Shown piece after piece: positions 53,846 to 64,000 of a DNA stretch of 64,000 nt. The DNA comes from an uncultured Planctomycetota bacterium (lineage in GTDB: Bacteria > Planctomycetota > Planctomycetia > Pirellulales > Lacipirellulaceae), in NCBI GenBank assembly GCA_963719315.1, contig CAVRBU010000002.1, positions 1,728,001-1,792,000 of the forward strand, in the 5' to 3' direction. Within the stretch, counting starts at the first letter, position 1. Each line of letters starts with the position of its first letter. The position numbers were made by a program, and so were the translations under genes. The notes under the pieces are model-generated. The model searched no databases, had not been told where the DNA came from, and worked only from the letters and a program-made list of their open reading frames with translations.

Positions 53846-55444
53846 ATGATTTTGCACCAACGGCTTGTCATCCGCAGCGTGGTTGTTATCGCAGTGTTCG
53901 GTCTGACCACAACAATTGCGGTGGAATCAAATGCAACAACGCTGCAGAGCGGCTTGATTAGTTATTGGAAACTGAATGAGGGCTCCGGCAGCACGGCCGG
54001 TGATTCGGCTCTCGGGGGCGCCACCGTCGATGACGGAATGTTGCGAGCATCACCCGCTTGGATTAACGGTATCTTCAACGCAGGATTACAATTCACTGGT
54101 ATAGAAGACGTATTGATTCCAAACAGCACCGACATGGATATCGGCACGAACGCCGTGACGCTTTCCGCCTGGGTCAAGCTGGATAAGTTGCCCGGTGACG
54201 CAAGTCTACCAAGCTTCGCGGGCATTTTTGATTCTCAACCGGACAATTACGTCATGTACCTCGACAAAGGCAACAAGGAATTGCGGTTTAAAGTGACGGA
54301 CAGCGCCAGCGTCTCGACGGGCGCTGATCCTGGCATTCCGGCTTCGATGCTGGATACGACGAGTTGGCAGCACGTGATGGGTGTTTACGATGGCAGCCAA
54401 GGCTCCGTAAAAATCTACCTGAACGGCAATCTGGTCGACATCGGTTCGATGCCAACCAACGTGCAAACGGTCCGCGCGGGGCAAGTTTCCAGCATCGGAG
54501 CCCAGCCAACCACGGCCTCCCCCTTCACACCCAGCGGCTTCTTCGAAGGCGCAATCGCCGACGTAGCGCTCTGGAACAGGCCGCTGGGCGCCGCCGAGGC
54601 CCAATACCTCTACAATGGCGGGACGGGTAATTCCGTAGGGTCGGCGGATCCCGATATTGCTCCGCTGCCGTCTCTGGCGCCCGTGCAGCCATCCGTGCAG
54701 CCGGTGATCTACTATCCGCTGAACGGCAACGTTCAGAACTATGGTTCCGGTGGCGCCGCGTTGGATGCGACCTTCCACGATGGTCTCGACGCCAGCGGCC
54801 CGCAGTTCGCATCCTCCAAAGTTGGCCAGGGCTTGGATCTCCGCGGAAACCCGGTCGCGACCAATTCCACGACCGACAACGGCGACTATTTGTCGGTGGA
54901 TTACACGCTTACGGATCGGGGCACGATCTCGATGAATTTCCAGAATATGGATTGGTTCGATTTCAACACGCTGTGGAGCAATTCGGTTCACGGCAACGCC
55001 TGGGAGGCTTGGATTTACAATGTTGGTCGGCTTGCAGCGCGAGCCAACGAGGCCTCGAGCAACACCAACACCGATTTTTACCTGCCATTAGAGGGCGCCG
55101 ACGCCGAATCAGCTCCCCACCACGTAGCTTTCACCTGGGATCGATCCGGTACGACGACGCTTAACAAGTTGTATGTCGATGGCGTGCTCCGTGAGCAGTC
55201 GGTCGAGAATTGGCGCGATCCGGGCAGCATCTTCTACGTCGGCGGCGGCTTCGGGATTACGGGCGGCGCCAACCACCTCGGCAATGGCATTTACGATGAG
55301 GTCCGAATTTACGACGTGCCCCTCACAGACAGTGAAGTGCTTTACCTTTCCCAAGTGCCCGAACCCGGCAGCTTCGCCATCGCGACGATTGGCTTGCTGA
55401 TCCTCGGAATGTTCGGCATACGAAAACCAGTGTGGATGCAGTAG
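53846..55444 (+). CDS. Tandem LamG-like jelly-roll PEP-CTERM protein
   Basis: GLISYWKLNEGSG, TLSAWVK, WQHVMGVY, IADVALWNRPL; second domain IYDEVRIY; VPEP-TM. Confidence 0.9.
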   Translation: MILHQRLVIRSVVVIAVFGLTTTIAVESNATTLQSGLISYWKLNEGSGSTAGDSALGGATVDDGMLRASPAWINGIFNAGLQFTGIEDVLIPNSTDMDIGTNAVTLSAWVKLDKLPGDASLPSFAGIFDSQPDNYVMYLDKGNKELRFKVTDSASVSTGADPGIPASMLDTTSWQHVMGVYDGSQGSVKIYLNGNLVDIGSMPTNVQTVRAGQVSSIGAQPTTASPFTPSGFFEGAIADVALWNRPLGAAEAQYLYNGGTGNSVGSADPDIAPLPSLAPVQPSVQPVIYYPLNGNVQNYGSGGAALDATFHDGLDASGPQFASSKVGQGLDLRGNPVATNSTTDNGDYLSVDYTLTDRGTISMNFQNMDWFDFNTLWSNSVHGNAWEAWIYNVGRLAARANEASSNTNTDFYLPLEGADAESAPHHVAFTWDRSGTTTLNKLYVDGVLREQSVENWRDPGSIFYVGGGFGITGGANHLGNGIYDEVRIYDVPLTDSEVLYLSQVPEPGSFAIATIGLLILGMFGIRKPVWMQ

Positions 55445-55546
55445 TTCGATTGGCCGTGGCGACATCCAATTTGCGGTGTTTGGTGTGGGTTGCACCAACA
55501 TCGCGGCGTGGCTCGCCTCGATACGACGTGAAAGAGGGATCCTCCT

Positions 55547-57295
55547 ATGAATAGCAAGTTCTTGCAGACGGTAACGGCGTGCCTCGTTTTTGTGGCGGTT
55601 GGTTGGTTAGTGGCATCTCCCCGGCCGGCGCTGGGCGAGTTGCTGCAAAATGGTCTGATTAGCTACTGGCCGCTCAATGACGGCTCGGGAACTACGGCGC
55701 TGGATGGGGCTTCCGGCGGCGGCGTTGCCGACAATGGCACGTTACGCAATTCGCCTACCTGGACGACCGGCATGTTCGGAGCTGGGTTGCAATTTAACGG
55801 GATCGACCAAGACGTGCTGATCCCCGCCAGTACCGATATGGACATCAACACCGGTGGGGTGACTCTGTCGGCCTGGGTAAAATTAGATCAATTGCCGGCC
55901 GACATCGCAGGTAGCTTCTCAGGCATTTTCGACTCGGAGCCCGACAATTATGTGATGTACCTGGACAAGGGAAACAATGAGTTACGGTTCAAATCCACGA
56001 CCGCAACCAACGGCGCCGAGCGCCCCGGAATCCCGGCCAAATTGCTCGACACAACCGCCTGGCACCACGTGATGGGCGTCTTTAACGGCTCTAATGCTTC
56101 CGATCGGATTTACTTCGATGGTCAACTCGTCGATGTCCATTCCGCCATCGGGCTACAGGATGGAGTGGTTCGCGCAGGACAAGTTTCCGGCATTGGCGCT
56201 CAACCGGCCACGGCTTCTCCCAACGCGGCGACCAACCCTTTCCAAGGAGGAATTTCCGATGTGGCGGTGTGGAACCGGTCTTTGGGCGCCGCCGAGGCCC
56301 AATATTTGTACAACGGTGGAACGGGGCATGCGGTCGGCTCTGCCAATCCGGACATTGCTCCGCTGCCGCCGATCACGCCGGTGCAACCCACCGCACAACC
56401 TGTGCTTTATTACAATTTCAATGGCGACTTGAACAATCACGGCACGGGTGGCGCCGCTCTAAATGCCACGCTCCACGATGTGACCGGCAGAAATGACGCC
56501 TTATACACAACGACACCCTTCGGGCAAGGTTTGGATCTCCGTGAGAATCCGATCGAGACTTCTTCAGACACCGATCCCGGCGATTTCCTGTCGGTTGATT
56601 ACACCCTGCCCGAATCGGGAACGATCGCCATGGATGTGACAATAGACAAGCTATACAACTTCCAGACGCTCTGGGGTAATTCGTCCAATGCAAATGATTG
56701 GGAGGCGTGGATCTATAGCGACGGGCGATTTGCTGCGCGTGCCGATCGCGCTACTGCCATTCTCAATTACAACGTCTTCTTGTTCCAAGACCAACTGGCC
56801 CAACACCATTATGCCTACACCTGGGAGCGGGATGGCAACGACCTAAACGCCAAGATTTATGTGGATGGCGAATTTCAGGGTCAGATCGTCGGCGTCTGGC
56901 GCGATCCGGGCACCACGTTCTTCCTGGCCGGAGGCACCGGGAATCAATTGGGAAGCGCGATCTACGACGAAGTCCGGATTTATAACTCGGCACTAAGCGA
57001 AGCAGAGATTCTTTATCTGTCTCAAAACGCGCCCGAGGTAACGGCATTACAGGGCGATTACAACATGGATGGCAAGGTCGATGCCGGCGACTACGTCGTT
57101 TGGCGCAATGGTGGTAGCCCAGACTCGTCACAGGCCGGTTACGACCTGTGGAGAGCGCATTTCGGTGAGCCTGGCCCTGGCGCCGGTGCCGGAAGCGGTA
57201 TTACCGCCGCGGTCGTGCCAGAGCCCGCCACTGGAAGTTTGGTTTTGCTCGCGCTCGCTGTGATCTCTTGCGTCGCCTGCCGAACAAGAAAGTAA
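55547..57295 (+). CDS. Tandem LamG-like + dockerin-like PEP-CTERM protein
   Basis: Paralog of the gene at 53846; GDYNMDGKVDAGDYVVWR; VPEP-TM. Confidence 0.9.
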   Translation: MNSKFLQTVTACLVFVAVGWLVASPRPALGELLQNGLISYWPLNDGSGTTALDGASGGGVADNGTLRNSPTWTTGMFGAGLQFNGIDQDVLIPASTDMDINTGGVTLSAWVKLDQLPADIAGSFSGIFDSEPDNYVMYLDKGNNELRFKSTTATNGAERPGIPAKLLDTTAWHHVMGVFNGSNASDRIYFDGQLVDVHSAIGLQDGVVRAGQVSGIGAQPATASPNAATNPFQGGISDVAVWNRSLGAAEAQYLYNGGTGHAVGSANPDIAPLPPITPVQPTAQPVLYYNFNGDLNNHGTGGAALNATLHDVTGRNDALYTTTPFGQGLDLRENPIETSSDTDPGDFLSVDYTLPESGTIAMDVTIDKLYNFQTLWGNSSNANDWEAWIYSDGRFAARADRATAILNYNVFLFQDQLAQHHYAYTWERDGNDLNAKIYVDGEFQGQIVGVWRDPGTTFFLAGGTGNQLGSAIYDEVRIYNSALSEAEILYLSQNAPEVTALQGDYNMDGKVDAGDYVVWRNGGSPDSSQAGYDLWRAHFGEPGPGAGAGSGITAAVVPEPATGSLVLLALAVISCVACRTRK

Positions 57296-57475
57296 ACGCA
57301 TAGCTTTGACGCACCGCGCTCCGATGCGCATCCAAAATCGCGATCGAGTTAACGACCCACCAGGGCGGGGACTGGCGGGACTGCGGACAAGTTTGGACGA
57401 GGAATGGTCCCGATGGCGTGGCCGTCATAGTACAGAACAACGGTAAAGATTCGCCGCTCGCGGAAGCTCGTACTG

Positions 57476-59263
57476 ATGCTGTTGGCGGTGTGCGCCACCT
57501 TTGCGATGAGCTCAACGTCAAATGCAGCGGGCGTCTCATTATATGACGGCCTGCTCACGAGTTGGAACTTCGATGAAGGAATTGGGGCAACCTTGCTGGA
57601 TAGCGGGCCCGCAGGCGCCGTTGCCGACACTGGAACGCTACGCAATTCGCCGACTTGGATTGCCGGCAAGTTCGGAAGCGCGCTGAAGTTCAACGGCATC
57701 AATCAAGACGTGCTCGTTCCCAACAGCACCGATATGAACATCGGCGCGAACGCAGTCACGATGTCTGCCTGGGTCAAGCTCGATCAACTACCGTCCGGAA
57801 TATCAGGTTCGTACTCAGGCGTTTTCGATTCGGAGCCTGACGACTACGTGTTATACCTGGACAAGGGCAATAACGAATTGCGTTTCAAGGTCACTACGGC
57901 GGGTGGCGCCGCCGAACGGCCCGGTGTACCGGCTACGTCGCTCGACGTGGTCAATTGGCACCATGTGATGGGTGTCTACGATGGTTCGATAGGGCAAGCC
58001 AGTATTTATTTCGATGGCCAACTTGCCGATGTCCATTCAACGCCGGGGTTGACGGGGGCGGTCCGAACAGGACAAACGGCTGGGATAGGATCCCAAGTCG
58101 CCTCCAGCTTGCCGAATAGTGCAACGAGCCTGTTCAAGGGCGATATCGACGACATGGGAATCTGGAACCGCGCTCTGGGCTTGGCAGAAGCCCAATACTT
58201 GTACAACGGCGGCGTTGGCCACGCCATCGGCGCCGCCAATCCGATCATCGAGCCCATCTTACCTCCACCGGTCTATAATCGGTCGATTGCGGTCGAAGGC
58301 CATCGCGGCAATCCGACGGTCGCTCCGGAAAATACATTTGCGTCCGTGAATGCAGCCGCCGGGTACGCGGATTTCTCCGAATTCGACGTGCAAGTCTCGG
58401 CCGACGGCAAGCTGTTTATCATGCACGACGGTACGCTCGATCGCACGACGAACGGCACCGGTTCCGACGGCAGCCAGAACTACGTCGGTTATATCGACGG
58501 ACTCGATGCCGGCAGTTGGTTTTCGCCGGCGTTTGCGGGCGAACCCGTCCCTTTGATGAAGCCCTATGTGGAAGCCATCTTTGCCAAAGGCATGCGACCG
58601 TTTCTCGAGCGAAAGACGGGCACGCCACAAGCCATCGTCGGTGAATTGAACGAGATCGGCAAGTTGCACGACACCGTCATCATCTCATTTGATTGGAATT
58701 TTTTGGCCGGCGTCCGCGCAATGGATTCGGTCGTCAAGATGGGTGCGCTGGGGAGTGGTACGATCACTACCAGTGTTATCAACAGCGTGCTCGCTTCCGG
58801 CGCGAACTTCCTGGATTGGAGCGATAGCGCTTCCGTAATCAATCAAGCAGCCGTTGATATGGTACATGCCGCGGGTTTGGAGTTGCACGTTTGGACCGTC
58901 GACAACCTGACGCGAATGCAACAACTGATCGACTTGGGGGTGGATGGAATTACCACCAACGCGCCTCAGACCTTGCGATCGATCGTGCCTTTGCCAGGAG
59001 ATTTCAACTATGACAATATCGTGGACGCAGCCGACTATTCCACCTGGCGCCTCACCATGGGCGACGCCAATAGCTATAGCATCTGGCGGGCGAATTTCGG
59101 CCAGGCCGTGGGAGTTGTTGCCGGCGGCGGCGTAGGCAGCTTGGCTGCCGTGCCGGAGCCGGCAGGGACGCGGATGGCGCTCGTTCTAGCACTGGGGCTT
59201 GTAATTGGTTGCCGTGGAGTTTGTCCTGTTCGAGTTCGATCCGCTTGGCACGCTCGTTCATAA
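57476..59263 (+). CDS. LamG-like + glycerophosphodiester phosphodiesterase + dockerin-like PEP-CTERM protein
   Basis: GHRG, PENT, EFDV, MHD, WTVD and GVDGITTN motifs; VPEP; start problematic (in-frame TAG at 57428). Confidence 0.9.
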   Translation: MLLAVCATFAMSSTSNAAGVSLYDGLLTSWNFDEGIGATLLDSGPAGAVADTGTLRNSPTWIAGKFGSALKFNGINQDVLVPNSTDMNIGANAVTMSAWVKLDQLPSGISGSYSGVFDSEPDDYVLYLDKGNNELRFKVTTAGGAAERPGVPATSLDVVNWHHVMGVYDGSIGQASIYFDGQLADVHSTPGLTGAVRTGQTAGIGSQVASSLPNSATSLFKGDIDDMGIWNRALGLAEAQYLYNGGVGHAIGAANPIIEPILPPPVYNRSIAVEGHRGNPTVAPENTFASVNAAAGYADFSEFDVQVSADGKLFIMHDGTLDRTTNGTGSDGSQNYVGYIDGLDAGSWFSPAFAGEPVPLMKPYVEAIFAKGMRPFLERKTGTPQAIVGELNEIGKLHDTVIISFDWNFLAGVRAMDSVVKMGALGSGTITTSVINSVLASGANFLDWSDSASVINQAAVDMVHAAGLELHVWTVDNLTRMQQLIDLGVDGITTNAPQTLRSIVPLPGDFNYDNIVDAADYSTWRLTMGDANSYSIWRANFGQAVGVVAGGGVGSLAAVPEPAGTRMALVLALGLVIGCRGVCPVRVRSAWHARS

Positions 59264-59325
59264 AGGTACTTTGTAGCACAATCCGTTCTTTTCTTCTCAT
59301 CCAGTTCGGTTTAAGGAAATTCGCA

Positions 59326-60348
59326 ATGCGTCGCTCATTGACTCATCCCGCCCTGTGCATCTCGAAAGCGACCGGTTTCACGCTTGTCGAGTTGCTGGTC
59401 GTGATCGCGATCATTGGCATATTAGTAGCTTTGTTGCTGCCCGCCGTACAAGCGGCGCGCGAGGCGGCGCGTCGCACGCAATGCACCAATCAACTCAAAC
59501 AGATCGGCCTTGCCTGGCAAAACCACAACGATACGTTCAAGCACTTTCCTACGGGCGGTTGGGGATGGAACTGGCAGGGCGATCCCGATCGCGGCTATGG
59601 TGTAAATCAACCGGGTGGTTGGGTCTACAATGTGTTGAGCTTCATGGAATTGGACACATTACGTCAGCTTGGGGCGGGCTTGGCCGACCCCCAAAAGCGT
59701 TTGGCCCTTACGGAACTATCCGAGATTCAGCCTGGAGAATTCATTTGCCCGTCCCGCCGGAAAGCTGAGGCTACCGCGCCCAAAGATCATTGGGCGCCCT
59801 ACAATATCAATTTCAAGATCGGGCAATTAGCCGGCAAGAGCGACTATGCTGCCTGCAGCGGAGATCCGCTGGTTCCCGAAGCCGACTCGAATGCCACAGG
59901 GCCGACCTCGTTCAACGTAGCCGAAAGCCCACTTTGGAAATGGGCCGGTCCCCACAATGGTGTGTGTTACTTACGAAGCCAAGTGAAAATGAAAGACATT
60001 ACCGACGGAAGTTCTAAAACCTTCATGGTTGGTGAAAAGTACATGAAACCCGAGAGCTATGGCGGTTCGTTCACGTCCGGCAGCTCGACCTACGATTTTG
60101 GTGATAATGAGTCGATGTTCTCGGGTTACAACCGCGACCAGCATCGGTCCACCAACCCGACGCTTCCACCACTTCAAGACCGGCCTGGATATGCCGACGA
60201 CTACGCCTTTGGCAGCGCGCATCCGGGCGCATTCGGAATGTGCTTTTGCGACGGCTCAGTGCGCCGCATTAGCTACGACATCGATCTCACGACTTTTCGC
60301 TGGCTTGGCGTCGTGAATGATGACAACGTCGTGACCGGCGATTATTGA
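59326..60348 (+). CDS. DUF1559 prepilin-type N-terminal cleavage/methylation protein
   Basis: [15 protein letters not shown]...[39 protein letters not shown]. Confidence 0.95.
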   Translation: MRRSLTHPALCISKATGFTLVELLVVIAIIGILVALLLPAVQAAREAARRTQCTNQLKQIGLAWQNHNDTFKHFPTGGWGWNWQGDPDRGYGVNQPGGWVYNVLSFMELDTLRQLGAGLADPQKRLALTELSEIQPGEFICPSRRKAEATAPKDHWAPYNINFKIGQLAGKSDYAACSGDPLVPEADSNATGPTSFNVAESPLWKWAGPHNGVCYLRSQVKMKDITDGSSKTFMVGEKYMKPESYGGSFTSGSSTYDFGDNESMFSGYNRDQHRSTNPTLPPLQDRPGYADDYAFGSAHPGAFGMCFCDGSVRRISYDIDLTTFRWLGVVNDDNVVTGDY

Positions 60349-60418
60349 GCCTCTGATCTTTTGGAAGACGGCGAGTGTGCGACGCTACTTTCCACGGTTC
60401 ACTTGGAGCAACTTACGC

Positions 60419-61036
60419 ATGCATGTTCAATGTGAAAGTCGAATCTTGATATTGTTCGGATTCTTACTCGCCACCGGCTGTTCCTACACACAGCCGCGAT
60501 TGGCGGCTCCAAAAATCGACAGCGGCGCGCCGGAGGCCGCCATTGCCAAATACGACGCGAACGGGGATGGCGCGATCAGTGGCGATGAACTTAAAAAGGA
60601 TCCCGCCATCAAGACCTCCCTGAAACGCGTCGACAAGAACAACGACGGCAAAGTCACCGCCGACGAGATTGCCGACCGGATTGGCGTGTGGCGAAATTCC
60701 GGTCTCGGTTTGACACGGGCAGTCGCTTATGTGCGTAAAAATGGGCTGGCAGTGGCCGGGGCGGAAGTAACGCTTGTGCCGGAAGAGTATCTCGGGGCCA
60801 ACATGAAACCAGCCCACGGTACGACCGATTCCAATGGCGCTTGCCATCTGTCGGCGTCGTCGGACCCCCGAGAAGCTGGGGTCCAGCTCGGTTATTATCG
60901 CGTTCAGGTTTCGAAGAAAAATACAGCCGGCAAGGAAACGATTCCTGCCCGCTACAACACCGAAACCGAATTGGGAGTCGAGATTGCGCCGGATGATCCC
61001 AATTTGGACCACCTAGTGTTCGACATTTCGGCGTGA
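60419..61036 (+). CDS. EF-hand lipoprotein with carboxypeptidase-regulatory-like domain (DUF1559 partner)
   Basis: Lipobox ATGC; DANGDGAISGDEL and DKNNDGKVTADEI; AHGTTDSNG; IPARYN. Confidence 0.85.
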   Translation: MHVQCESRILILFGFLLATGCSYTQPRLAAPKIDSGAPEAAIAKYDANGDGAISGDELKKDPAIKTSLKRVDKNNDGKVTADEIADRIGVWRNSGLGLTRAVAYVRKNGLAVAGAEVTLVPEEYLGANMKPAHGTTDSNGACHLSASSDPREAGVQLGYYRVQVSKKNTAGKETIPARYNTETELGVEIAPDDPNLDHLVFDISA

Positions 61037-61091
61037 TAGCGCTCGCTGAAGCAACAGGATAAGGTCTGCGGCTGCCGAAATTGCCGTCGCG

Positions 61092-64000
61092 TCAATGCGA
61101 CCGCGTAGAGCGGAGCACCGTGCTCGCTTCGGCCCGCGTGGATCGGCCCGGCCAGTCGAAACGTAGCGCCAGCCACGTGCTGGCGGCTACGATCAGGAGG
61201 CCAAACCAACTGGGCCAGAGCCATGCCCACCAGGCGATACCGGCCAGGACGCCGAAGATGTGCGGCCAGCGGAACAGGAAATCGGCGGCCGCCGGCGAGC
61301 GAATCAGCCAGAAACATCCGGCCGCCAGCGCGACGACCGCGAGCAGCGCCAGCAATTGATTTTGGCCGAGGCTAGGGGATACCGGTGCCACCTGTATCGG
61401 CAATCGGTCCGCACCTCCCTCGGCCACGTAACACATTGCCTCCGGAGCGGTTGAAAACTGCGTCGAGAAGATCATCGAGTCGGCCGCCAGCGCCGTCATT
61501 TTGGTTTGCGGAGCATCGGGGTCGGTCAGAAAGTTTCTGGCTTGTTCGAGCCACGCGTCGAGCCGCTTGAGTGCCCGATCAATCTGTTCCTCGGATGAAC
61601 GTGCCACTTGGGCGGTGGCCGGGCCGGTCGGTTGGGCCATGATCTGGTGGGTCTGGTCGCGAACGCCTTGCAACAAAACGACCCATGGGCGCAGCCAGCT
61701 TATGCCGTCGGGGCTCGGCGCCTCGGCGGCCGTGGCGATGGCCGACTCGGCGACGCTCACCATGCGATCGATTCGCAGCGCGGCTTGGTCCATGGCGCTT
61801 ACCACCGCGGCACCTTCGATCTGGCCGGAAGCAGATTGCCCCGAATCCCCAACTGTCCACAAGCTAATTTCCACTGGAATCGGCTTGTCGCCGACGAGCA
61901 ACGTCGGGCGGCAAGGATCGCGGAGTTCACCATCAACCGATCGCGAGACAATTCCCAGCGATTGCGGCAACTGGGCTGCGCCCAAAGCCACGTGCCACTG
62001 CGAGTCATTCAAGGCAGATTTGAGCGCTGGCCGGCCATCCAACGTGACCGATACAAGCTTCTGATCGGCCGGCAACTGCAAAGTACACTCTGGCACGCTG
62101 TCGGATGCGACGATCAAGCGCGTGACGATCAAACGACTGCCGCGCCGACCGTTCGATACCGCGATGTCGGCCAGTCGAATTCGCGGCGCCGGTTGCCGTG
62201 CGGCTTGGGCATTGATGGAAACGCGAAACGGTTCGCCCATGATTTCGAGTTGTCGTTGCCCGGCAACGCCAAAAGAAGCAGCCAGCAAGTTTTTCGGAAT
62301 TGTCGCTTCCTGGACGCCGGAGTCGATCCAGGCGATATTCTGCGAATCGAGTGAAGTCGGAACGCTCACATAACTGTGCACGCCGGCCGGTGGTTCGAGC
62401 GCGATCTCGGGCACCGACGCGGCAGATCCGGCAGGCACCACGAGGGGGCTGCGAATTCGCAAATCGACGTGGCCGTCTTGAGCGATCGTAGTCGCGAAAC
62501 GAATGGCAACGATTTGGTGGTGCTCATCGAGCGGCGTCGTTTCGGTAGTCACGGGAATGCTCGACTCGATGTCAAACGGCCCGGACCAGGTCGTCGGCAC
62601 GCGGAGCCGGAGAACGTCGATTTCCCCCGACTCGGCAGTCAGCCGGCAGCGAAACGTGGCCGACCATGCGCCCGACTCGCGCGCTAGCGACGTGAGCGTG
62701 TCGCCCATCAATTTCGGCTGGCTGTGTGAGACGGCGATGCGAGCGATATTGGCGGCGGCTTCATCCAAGTGATACACGCCGAGTGGCCGAACGAGCCACG
62801 GCAAGGGCGGCAATTCTGCTGGACCGGCGTTCGATTCCTCGGTTGGCTGCAAGCCTTGCAATTCGACGTGCAGATCGTCGTCGCGGTAAAGCTGCACCTG
62901 CTGCACCGCCGACGCAGGGCTGGCCGACGTGATGCGCGGCAAGGGGCTCGGTTCGTTCGGGGCGAGCGGAACGGTGCCGCTCAACGACAGGCGATAGTCG
63001 GAAGTGGCGCACTCGCCAAAGAAAATGTTGATGTGGTTCTCGGCATCGCGAGTCCAGCGGGTTGGAATTCTTCGATCGGCCTCGTTCAACGCGACTTCAT
63101 CCACCCGCAGATCGGTCGGCACGGTTAGATGAAACTGATATTTATTTTGGGGGCCGGGCGTGACGTTCGCTTGGTAGACGACGCGGAGCGCCTCGCTTCC
63201 GATTGCTACGTGGAGCACTTCGTGCACCTCGGTCTCCGCTTCACGGGGCCGAACCGCGAGCGTCCACACGCGGCGTGGATCAAAATTGGCAAGCACTATT
63301 TGCGGCGTGGCGGTGGTAGCCGTGCCGCCCCACTTCGCGAGGAACTCCTTGGCGGTGGCGCTCGTCGCACCTGTCGCGGCGCTATCGGTCACCGTGCAAT
63401 CGAGCGCCGGATCAGTCGAGAGGGCGAACCAGTGCTGCGTCGGGGAAATCGAAGTCAGCTCGATGGGCGGCAAGCGGAAGTTGCCGGCGGCGGGGGCGGA
63501 TGGAAGTTTCCAACGAAGTGAGATTTCTTGCCGTTCGGCGCCCGCCACGGGAAGCGGAATCCGGATCGAACGCCGTCCGGCGGACGCGTCCGTTGGATGG
63601 TCTTCGGTGGTGGAATTTGTGCCGGAGTCCAGCACCCAATGGTCATCGTAGGAAATGGAAAGCGTCTCGGGTCGGCGCGATCCGCTTTCGACGATGTATT
63701 TCGCTTCAAGCTCGGTGCCGCCCGAGCCCACGTGCAACCAGTTCATCGCGGAAACCGTCAATCCCGGACTCGTGCCGCTGTTCTGTTCCTGCCGCGGCCA
63801 CTCGACGACAAGGTGGTCGACTTGCCCGACCTCGCCGCTGAGCACTCCCGGAGTGTCGCCGAGCGCGGTGGGGAGCTTAACGCCATCGATGGTTATGCCC
63901 GACAGCTGCGCGGGAGCGTGCAATCGCACCGCGGCCGACAGGAGTGGCGGAATCGCCAATTCAAATCGATTGCGGTAGTTGACGTTCATGGTCTTAGGAA
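61092..64000 (-). CDS. Large hypothetical membrane-anchored protein, 5' end outside the window
   Basis: 965+ aa open frame reaching the window edge; three C-terminal TM segments. Confidence 0.75.
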   Translation of the reverse strand, partial: PKTMNVNYRNRFELAIPPLLSAAVRLHAPAQLSGITIDGVKLPTALGDTPGVLSGEVGQVDHLVVEWPRQEQNSGTSPGLTVSAMNWLHVGSGGTELEAKYIVESGSRRPETLSISYDDHWVLDSGTNSTTEDHPTDASAGRRSIRIPLPVAGAERQEISLRWKLPSAPAAGNFRLPPIELTSISPTQHWFALSTDPALDCTVTDSAATGATSATAKEFLAKWGGTATTATPQIVLANFDPRRVWTLAVRPREAETEVHEVLHVAIGSEALRVVYQANVTPGPQNKYQFHLTVPTDLRVDEVALNEADRRIPTRWTRDAENHINIFFGECATSDYRLSLSGTVPLAPNEPSPLPRITSASPASAVQQVQLYRDDDLHVELQGLQPTEESNAGPAELPPLPWLVRPLGVYHLDEAAANIARIAVSHSQPKLMGDTLTSLARESGAWSATFRCRLTAESGEIDVLRLRVPTTWSGPFDIESSIPVTTETTPLDEHHQIVAIRFATTIAQDGHVDLRIRSPLVVPAGSAASVPEIALEPPAGVHSYVSVPTSLDSQNIAWIDSGVQEATIPKNLLAASFGVAGQRQLEIMGEPFRVSINAQAARQPAPRIRLADIAVSNGRRGSRLIVTRLIVASDSVPECTLQLPADQKLVSVTLDGRPALKSALNDSQWHVALGAAQLPQSLGIVSRSVDGELRDPCRPTLLVGDKPIPVEISLWTVGDSGQSASGQIEGAAVVSAMDQAALRIDRMVSVAESAIATAAEAPSPDGISWLRPWVVLLQGVRDQTHQIMAQPTGPATAQVARSSEEQIDRALKRLDAWLEQARNFLTDPDAPQTKMTALAADSMIFSTQFSTAPEAMCYVAEGGADRLPIQVAPVSPSLGQNQLLALLAVVALAAGCFWLIRSPAAADFLFRWPHIFGVLAGIAWWAWLWPSWFGLLIVAASTWLALRFDWPGRSTRAEASTVLRSTRSH

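Overview
GC-rich bacterial DNA with the gene families typical of a planctomycete (Pirellulales-like, inferred from DUF1559 prepilin-like genes and dockerin-like/PEP-CTERM proteins). The window has three parts. (1) Left flank, 1-11.3 kb: MORN-repeat protein, PLP decarboxylase, lnt, an ABC-F ATPase and two PEP-CTERM proteins. (2) A ~40.2 kb genomic island, 11369-51589, bounded by a 21-bp direct repeat of the 3' end of a tRNA(CAT, Ile2-like) gene, with a tyrosine integrase and an XRE regulator next to the tRNA. Its cargo is decaying: five IS elements (two IS630, IS21, IS66, IS110), a 153-bp MITE, several pseudogenes, phosphatases, a sulfatase, and a DUF1559/EF-hand lipoprotein/three PEP-CTERM cassette whose members share an unrecognised domain. 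(3) Right flank: a second DUF1559/EF-hand lipoprotein/three PEP-CTERM (LamG) cassette behind a strong promoter and leader terminator, then a large partial membrane protein. The best leads are the repeated five-gene surface cassette, the unrecognised shared domain, and a reading frame that runs through the att site, so that excision would swap the C-terminus of the integrase-tail frame. All protein calls come from motif recognition by eye; no searches were run.
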